Position numbers and translations under genes: made by a program
The notes under the pieces: model-generated
The model's database searches: none
Seen by the model: the letters and a program-made list of their open reading frames with translations, nothing else
Told to the model about the DNA's origin: nothing
Part shown: one piece after another, positions 58,257 through 64,000 of the stretch
Numbering within the stretch: the stretch's first letter is position 1
Layout: the number at the start of each line of letters is the position of its first letter
Assembly (NCBI GenBank): GCA_046153645.1
Contig: JBJXGI010000042.1
Location: 1 to 64,000, forward strand
Reading direction: 5' to 3'
From: Elusimicrobiota bacterium
GTDB taxonomy: Bacteria; Elusimicrobiota; Elusimicrobia; F11
DNA length: 64,000 nucleotides

Positions 58257-59494
58257 TTTTTCCCTTCCGCTTGTTGTTTAAAAAAAGTTTTCGGCTCTTT
58301 AATATTTACACCGGAAATTTTTTGGAATTTCTTAAGTCGAATAAGCGCGTCATAAAAACGATTATCATGTGTAACCAAAGCAAAACGTGCCCAACCTTCC
58401 CCTTCTTTACCAAAACCAATACCAGGAGAAATGGCAATACCCGTTTCTCTTATTAACTCTTCGCAAAATTTTAATGAGCCCATTTTTTTGTATTGCCCAG
58501 GAATTTTCGCCCATAAATACATGGTCGCTTTTGGTTTTTGTAAATGCCAGCCTAAGCTTTTCAATCCTTCATACAAATAATCTCTTCTTCGCTGATAAGT
58601 GGCTACCAATTCTGTTACTGAATTGGGCCACATCTCTAAAGCTTTCACACCCGCCAACTGAATAAATGTCGGAGAACCATAATCAATGTAGGATTTAAAT
58701 TTGGTTAAAGGCCCTAATAGTTTTTCTGGACCACAAGCCCATCCCAAACGCCAACCAGCCATGTTGTAAGTTTTGGAAAACGAATGAAATTCAAGGCCCA
58801 CATCACGTGCACCTGGCACTTCAAAAAAACTAAAAGGATTATGGCCATCAAATGCAATTTCGGAATAAGCATTGTCATAACAAAGTAAAATTCCATATTT
58901 TTTACAAAAACGAATTGCTTCCTTAACATAGGATTTATCATCTAGCGTGGCGGCTGTTGGATTATTGGGGTAATTCAAAAACATGATTCGAGATTTACGC
59001 GCAATTTTCTCGGGAATTTTTTCTAGTTCAGGAAGATAATTATTTTTTTCATTGATTGGCATCAGATACGGTTTGGCTTCCGCCAAAACAACTCCATAAA
59101 AATGAACGGGATAACAAGGACTTGGAACCAAGGCATAATCACCCGGCTTTAAATACGAAGCACATAAGTGCGCAATACCTTCTTTTGAACCAATCAATGA
59201 ACACACTTCATTTTCAGAATCTAAATTAACATCAAAACGTTTTTTCATCCAATTCGTAACAGCCTTTCTGAATTTTGGCATTCCTTTGGCTTGAGGATAA
59301 CGCAATGTTTTTGGATGATTTCGAACCGTGTCCGCCACTCGATCAACAATTACTGAAGGTGTTGGGATATCAGGATTTCCCATAGATAAATCAATTACAT
59401 CTAATTTATTTTTGGATGCTTCCAGCGCCAAAGTTTTAATTCGTCCAAAAATATAGGGGGGCAAATTCGCCAATTTCTGTGGTGGTTTAATCAT
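58253..59494 (-). CDS. class I/II PLP aminotransferase (AlaC/DapL-like)
   Basis: MGNPD, IGSKEG..HL, NYPNNPT, D.AY, SFSKTYNMAGWRLG. Confidence 0.9.
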   Translation of the reverse strand: MIKPPQKLANLPPYIFGRIKTLALEASKNKLDVIDLSMGNPDIPTPSVIVDRVADTVRNHPKTLRYPQAKGMPKFRKAVTNWMKKRFDVNLDSENEVCSLIGSKEGIAHLCASYLKPGDYALVPSPCYPVHFYGVVLAEAKPYLMPINEKNNYLPELEKIPEKIARKSRIMFLNYPNNPTAATLDDKSYVKEAIRFCKKYGILLCYDNAYSEIAFDGHNPFSFFEVPGARDVGLEFHSFSKTYNMAGWRLGWACGPEKLLGPLTKFKSYIDYGSPTFIQLAGVKALEMWPNSVTELVATYQRRRDYLYEGLKSLGWHLQKPKATMYLWAKIPGQYKKMGSLKFCEELIRETGIAISPGIGFGKEGEGWARFALVTHDNRFYDALIRLKKFQKISGVNIKEPKTFFKQQAEGKK

Positions 59495-59550
59495 AGGATG
59501 GGGATTTTATTAAAACAGAAGGCATTTGGGTGAGCGAATGACGAAAAGGC

Positions 59551-59597
59551 AAAAAAAAGCACCTTCAAAGAAAACTTTTAAATTTCTTTGAAGGCAC
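59551..59597 (-). terminator. intrinsic terminator after HU
   Basis: Minus strand GTGCCTTCAAAGAAA...TTTCTTTGAAGGTGC followed by T8. Confidence 0.8.
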
Positions 59598-59622
59598 CGC
59601 TAAAAGATCAGAATCGTTCTTT

Positions 59623-59907
59623 TTAGAAGCTTGGTGTTTTTACAAGTTTTTTCAAAGCAAGACTGGGCTTAAAAGAAATCTTTCGCCCAATAGGAATTTG
59701 AATTGTTTCCCCTGTTTTTGGGTTTCTACCAGGTCGTGCTTTTCGTGACTTCACTTTAAACGTGCCAAGGCCAGAAAGGGATATTTTCCCTCCCTCTGAT
59801 ATGCTGGCTCTAATTGAACCAACCACGGCCTTCACAGCTCTTATTGCCTCAGATCGTTTAAGGCGGGCTTCTTTTGTAACTCGATCAATTAAATCGTTTT
59901 TCTTCAC
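59623..59907 (-). CDS. hup: HU family DNA-binding protein
   Basis: GLGTF....RKAR.GRNPKTGE.I.IP; GTG start with GAGGAGGAG RBS. Confidence 0.93.
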   Translation of the reverse strand: MKKNDLIDRVTKEARLKRSEAIRAVKAVVGSIRASISEGGKISLSGLGTFKVKSRKARPGRNPKTGETIQIPIGRKISFKPSLALKKLVKTPSF

Positions 59908-60088
59908 AACTCTCCTCCTCGACGGATTAAATATTTGCGCCCAGGTAACATTGACTTCCTTCTTTGTACGTCGAGTTCTTCAAGCTTTCAAGTCTTTTTT
60001 TAAAAATAAGTTGAAATCTTAAAGAGTTTTTCTAAGAGGGTTAAGAAGGGCAATGAAAAAACGAAGGAACTAATTGATAATGACGTAT

Positions 60089-61348
60089 TTACGGAAATCC
60101 TTTGTAGTGGAAATATGATTTTACAGAAACACCACAGGAAGAATAAATTTTTTGAGAAATATTTTTATTAAATCGAGACGCTGCATGACCCGCTTCTAAC
60201 TGTAGTTTTAATTTTTTACTTTGATTAAATGCTTTTTTGAAATAGTGTATAGACGAAAAATTTTTATTTAAATTAAGCTCTCCAAAACCCAGTAAACAAT
60301 ATACCAATCCTCTTTTATCCGAACACTTTTTAAATAAAACCTCACTTTTCTTCAAATCTTTACGAGCTTGGAGAAAAAATTTTCTCGAAATATTTAGCTG
60401 TGCTCGACTCCAAAGTACAAATGCCAAAGGACCTGTTTGATTTAAAAACGAATATTTTTTAATGGCCCGATTCATGCAGGAAACAGCCCTATTTAAGTTT
60501 CCCATCATTCGAAAAGCATTACCCTGTCCGCAAGAAGAGTAAGCCAAGCCAAACTCGTCATGCTGGGATTGGAAATACCGATAAGCCTGAGAGTATAAAG
60601 CCAAAGATTCTTGTGGGAAACCTTTCATTCGAAAAGTTCCTCCCAGTCCACAGCGTGCGTAAGCCAAACCATTATCGTCTTTTATTTTTTTGTAGAAAAT
60701 AAGACTCTTCTTAAGAAAATATTCCGCAAATGCAATTTGCCCACTAAATCGAAAGGTTGTGCCTATGGCCCATAGGGTATAGGCTTGACCTTCAAAATCT
60801 TTGTTTTTTTCATAATATTTTAGGCAAATCTTAAAAAGTTTCTGAGCATCATCCCACTTCCCCAATCCCCTTAAACACATTCCCTCACCTAAATAAGCAT
60901 CAACACAATACCTCTTAAAAATAGGAGTTTTTAGACGAGCATTTAAAGAAATTACTCTCCGATAATACTTAATCGCCAAAAAAAACTTTTCTATCTGACG
61001 ATGATTATCTCCCAATTTAAGAAGAACTTGCGCATAATTCTGTTCATCTTTAAATTTTTTAATAAGAGAAAGTGCTTTTTTCCCATATTTAATAGCTTTA
61101 AAAAAATCTCCCTGAATCTGAGATAATTCTAATTTGAGTAAAAGATAATCAATTTGATTTGGGCGAGGTAAAGATGAGAAATGAATTTTAGAGAGAAAAA
61201 AAGAACACCCCCGAAGATTCCCATCTTCGAGGGTGTTTTTTGCATCATTAAATAATTTGAATATTTTTTCTTTTAACAGAGTTCGATTAACGTTTGGAAT
61301 GTTGGAAACGTCTTCGAGCTTTTGGTTGACCAGGTTTTTTACGTTCAA
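60089..61348 (-). CDS. tetratricopeptide-repeat protein (start uncertain)
   Basis: Repeated AY..CGLG..FRM.G....A...Y..A units about 40 aa apart; the predicted start overlaps rpsI. Confidence 0.8.
   Translation of the reverse strand: MNVKNLVNQKLEDVSNIPNVNRTLLKEKIFKLFNDAKNTLEDGNLRGCSFFLSKIHFSSLPRPNQIDYLLLKLELSQIQGDFFKAIKYGKKALSLIKKFKDEQNYAQVLLKLGDNHRQIEKFFLAIKYYRRVISLNARLKTPIFKRYCVDAYLGEGMCLRGLGKWDDAQKLFKICLKYYEKNKDFEGQAYTLWAIGTTFRFSGQIAFAEYFLKKSLIFYKKIKDDNGLAYARCGLGGTFRMKGFPQESLALYSQAYRYFQSQHDEFGLAYSSCGQGNAFRMMGNLNRAVSCMNRAIKKYSFLNQTGPLAFVLWSRAQLNISRKFFLQARKDLKKSEVLFKKCSDKRGLVYCLLGFGELNLNKNFSSIHYFKKAFNQSKKLKLQLEAGHAASRFNKNISQKIYSSCGVSVKSYFHYKGFP
61196..61241. terminator. bidirectional terminator-like hairpin after rpsI, inside the TPR ORF
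   Basis: Minus strand AACACCCTCGAAGAT-GGGA-ATCTTCGGGGGTGTT-C-T7; T-tract also on the plus side. Confidence 0.7.
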
Positions 61349-61694
61349 CCATACGAGGATCTCTGGTTAAGAGTCCTTCTTTTCTAAGGAGACCGCGAAG
61401 CCCAGGATCAATTTCAACCATTGCGCGAGCAATCCCTAATTTAACAGCACCTGATTGACCAGTAACACCGCCACCGGAAACGGTAATAAAAATATCATAA
61501 CCACCGAAAGAACGAGAATGTTGTAAAGGTTCAGTGGCTGCCGTGCGCGCTGTCACATGACCACCAAAATAATCATTAATGGGTTTATCATTAACAGTTA
61601 AGCGACCAGTACCAGGAATAACTCTGACACGAGCAATACTTTCTTTTCTTCGTCCTGTTGTCCAAATTGGGAATTCAATTGTTGAAGATGACAT
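61287..61694 (-). CDS. rpsI: 30S ribosomal protein S9
   Basis: GRRKESIARV, GGG.TGQ.GA, TRDPRMVERKKPG..KAR. Confidence 0.98.
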   Translation of the reverse strand: MSSSTIEFPIWTTGRRKESIARVRVIPGTGRLTVNDKPINDYFGGHVTARTAATEPLQHSRSFGGYDIFITVSGGGVTGQSGAVKLGIARAMVEIDPGLRGLLRKEGLLTRDPRMVERKKPGQPKARRRFQHSKR

Positions 61695-61713
61695 AATATA
61701 TTTATCCTTTTAA

Positions 61714-62166
61714 TTAATTCTGTGCCGCAGCAACAGGTGCTTTGGGTTGAGCAAATTGGGCACCATGAGGATGAGTTCCCCCACGATATACCTTAAGGCG
61801 AGCAATTTGATCTTTCCGGAGTCGGGTTTTTGCAAGCATACCAGAAACCGCTAAAGTTATAGCTCGTTCTGGCTTTTTCTCAAGCAACTCTTTATAAGGA
61901 GTCATTGTATCTCCGCCAGGATAACCAGAATGACGGAAATCAATCTTTTGAACGGGTTTATTGTTTCCTGTAATCCGAATCCCTTGCGCATTAATGATGA
62001 CGACATGGTCGCCACAATCAACATGGGGGGTGTATAAACTCTTGCTTTTCCCTGAAAGTTTATTGGCTACCACCGTAGCCAGTCTTCCTAGGACTTGATT
62101 TGAAGCATCAATAAGATGCCATTTTCTAATAACTGCCTTACTATTTGCTTGATATGTAGTTCTCAT
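61714..62166 (-). CDS. rplM: 50S ribosomal protein L13
   Basis: W.LIDA....LGRLA, YTPHVDCGD, HSGYPGG, HPH.AQ. Confidence 0.98.
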   Translation of the reverse strand: MRTTYQANSKAVIRKWHLIDASNQVLGRLATVVANKLSGKSKSLYTPHVDCGDHVVIINAQGIRITGNNKPVQKIDFRHSGYPGGDTMTPYKELLEKKPERAITLAVSGMLAKTRLRKDQIARLKVYRGGTHPHGAQFAQPKAPVAAAQN

Positions 62167-62208
62167 AAGTCGCTCCGTATACTAATTAAATTGTGGTCAG
62201 TCAAGAAA

Positions 62209-63393
62209 TTATTTTTTCGTAACATCTAAAATAATTTTGATGTCAGCTTTCTTTTTTAACTCATCCACATATTTTTCATAATTTTTCTTCATCTCATCTT
62301 GAAAAAGATAAGCAGCCAAATCTAGTTTAATATCATCATGTTTAAGCTTTTGAGCCGCTCTCTTCTCTTCTACTTTCATAATGTGATAACCAAATTCTGT
62401 TTCGATAGGATCAGATATACTGCCAACTGGAAGAATAAAGGCAACTTTGTCGAATTCTGGAACCATTTGCCCTTTAGAAAAATATCCTAAATCTCCTCCT
62501 GTTTTTGCACTTGGCCCATCTGACTTTTGCTTAGCCAATTCAATGAAATCAGCACCTTTTTCGAGTTCCTTCTTAATAGCTTTGGCTTTGTTAAGCGCTT
62601 CTGACCTTTTTTTGACATCATCTTTTCTAGAGGACTTGACTAAAATATGCCTAGCGCGCACCGATTCACTTAAGCGCGATTTCAACAGTTCAGTCATTTG
62701 ATCAATTTCATTTTCAGGGTTTGGCTTAAAATCAGGTTGATTAAATTTTTTCTCAATCTGAGAATAGAGCGATTTGACTTTATTTTCATAATCTACAGAT
62801 AATTCTCTCGCTTCCGGATCTCCCGCATTGGCAGGCTGACCATCTTTAAATGGAGAAGCAACACGCCCCTTAACAGCATCTTCAGTTAAACGGAGAACTT
62901 TTAATTGGTCTTCAATTTTCTGGAAAAATTCTTTTTCGGAAATGTTTTGATCGGTTAACTCTTTAATAAAATCTTTATATTCCGAAGAAGTTAAATCTCT
63001 TTCATAATCCTCTTTAGTGGGTTTCACGCCAGGTTTAAGAATTTTAAAACGATTTTTAATTTGAAGAATACCCTCTTCTAACTGCCGCTTGGGAACCAAA
63101 ATATTCTTCTTTTTTGCTTCCTGAAGCAAAACTTTCTCTTCGACCATTTGATTAAGCAGCATTTCTTTAGTATTTTTTTCCCAATCAGGACTTAATTTTT
63201 GATCTGGCGCTTGTTTTTGCTGCTCTTGAAGAGCCAACCAGTTGCTCTCAAATTCATTCAAGAATATAGCTTCTCCATTAATGGTTGCGATACTCTTACC
63301 CACAACTTCGGCAGAAATAAAATTCCCATTGGGTGATAGAAAAAAAAGCCCAAAGATTAAAAAAACCATCTTATTTTTATTAAAAAAATTCAT
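62209..63393 (-). CDS. parvulin-type peptidyl-prolyl isomerase (SurA/PrsA-like)
   Basis: Signal peptide, SurA-N-like region, VRARHILV, GGDLGYF..GQMVPEF, TEFGYHI. Confidence 0.9.
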   Translation of the reverse strand: MNFFNKNKMVFLIFGLFFLSPNGNFISAEVVGKSIATINGEAIFLNEFESNWLALQEQQKQAPDQKLSPDWEKNTKEMLLNQMVEEKVLLQEAKKKNILVPKRQLEEGILQIKNRFKILKPGVKPTKEDYERDLTSSEYKDFIKELTDQNISEKEFFQKIEDQLKVLRLTEDAVKGRVASPFKDGQPANAGDPEARELSVDYENKVKSLYSQIEKKFNQPDFKPNPENEIDQMTELLKSRLSESVRARHILVKSSRKDDVKKRSEALNKAKAIKKELEKGADFIELAKQKSDGPSAKTGGDLGYFSKGQMVPEFDKVAFILPVGSISDPIETEFGYHIMKVEEKRAAQKLKHDDIKLDLAAYLFQDEMKKNYEKYVDELKKKADIKIILDVTKK

Positions 63394-63469
63394 ATTTACC
63401 TTCTTTAAGCATATTGATAAATCGAAAACATATGATTTATAATTGTTTTAGAAACCACTAAAAAGAACA

Positions 63470-63485
63470 TGTTCCACGTGGAACA
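63470..63485. promoter_or_regulatory. parS: parS centromere-like site
   Basis: Perfect palindrome TGTTCCACGTGGAACA matching the parS consensus TGTTNCACGTGNAACA; intergenic. Confidence 0.88.
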
Positions 63486-64000
63486 TCAAATAATACCTTT
63501 GGCCACCAATTCTTCGGCAATTTGAACTGCGTTTAAAGCAGCACCCTTCAATAAATTATCTGATACAACCCACAAAGAGAGACCTTTCTCAGTAGCCAGG
63601 TCCCTACGTACTCGACCGACAAATGTTTCGTATTTTCCGGAAGCGAAAATTGGCATGGGATAAATTCCCTTCTCAGGCTCGTCCTGAACAATAACTCCAG
63701 GAGCATTTCGAAGTAAAGAAAGAGCCTCTGTCACACTTACAGGTTTTTCAGTCTCAATCCAAATTGCTTCAGAATGGGAACGAAAGACCGGGACACGAAC
63801 ACAAGTGGCAGAAACTTCGATTGATTCAGATTCCATTATTTTCTTGGTTTCAAAAACCATCTTCATTTCTTCTTTGGTATAGCCATTATCAGTAAAAACA
63901 TCAATTTGTGGGACCAAATTAAGTGCAATTTGATGTGGAATCTTAGCTGGAGCAGGAATACTCTCTCCCTTAGCCCAGGCTTTAGTTTGATTCTCTAAAT
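63486..64000 (-). CDS. asd: aspartate-semialdehyde dehydrogenase, C-terminal part (truncated by window edge)
   Basis: PQID.F..NGYT.EE.KM..ET.KI, ATCVRVPV..SHSE, DNLLKGAALNAVQIAE. Confidence 0.95.
   Translation of the reverse strand, partial: LENQTKAWAKGESIPAPAKIPHQIALNLVPQIDVFTDNGYTKEEMKMVFETKKIMESESIEVSATCVRVPVFRSHSEAIWIETEKPVSVTEALSLLRNAPGVIVQDEPEKGIYPMPIFASGKYETFVGRVRRDLATEKGLSLWVVSDNLLKGAALNAVQIAEELVAKGII

Noticed and set aside
241..63442. Numerous 60-140 aa antisense or alternate-frame ORFs in the track (e.g. 3207-3635, 36329-36724, 49584-49898)
   Set aside because: They lie wholly or largely within well-supported genes and show no recognisable motifs; shadow ORFs
1..64000. CRISPR array, rRNA, integrase or transposase
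   Set aside because: No regularly spaced direct repeats, rRNA-like segments or recombinase/transposase motifs were seen

Overview
64 kb of an AT-rich bacterial chromosome, densely coding and mostly on the minus strand. The taxon cannot be fixed from the sequence; Elusimicrobiota is only a guess from protein style. Most genes are housekeeping: ppk1 3' end, purEK, prfC, msrA-miaE, serC, amtB-glnK, typA, pdxH, tpx, ettA, PBP1A, sdhCAB, tal-pgi fusion/pgl, tyrS, rsmA, cinA, livKHMGF, aminotransferase-hom-thrC, HU, rplM-rpsI, a PPIase and the asd 3' end. A perfect parS palindrome at 63470 suggests the window is origin-proximal. The notable features are: (i) a candidate phosphate-starvation lipid-remodelling operon (Pho-box-like repeat, PlcP-type phospholipase C, an unannotated 44-aa membrane peptide, a GT28 diacylglycerol glycosyltransferase, a membrane protein, DedA); (ii) an orphan multidomain McrB-like NTPase with a degenerate signature motif, no mcrC and a sigma54-type promoter; (iii) a tRNA-Gln-associated decaying islet with a structured palindromic element, a frameshifted secreted protein and possible TA remnants; (iv) an HTH-MNT/HEPN toxin-antitoxin pair with a perfect 16-bp inverted repeat; (v) livH apparently starting at a non-AUG codon; (vi) a terminator-like hairpin inside a TPR ORF. 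No CRISPR array, rRNA, integrase or transposase was seen. All calls come from motif recognition by eye, not from database searches.
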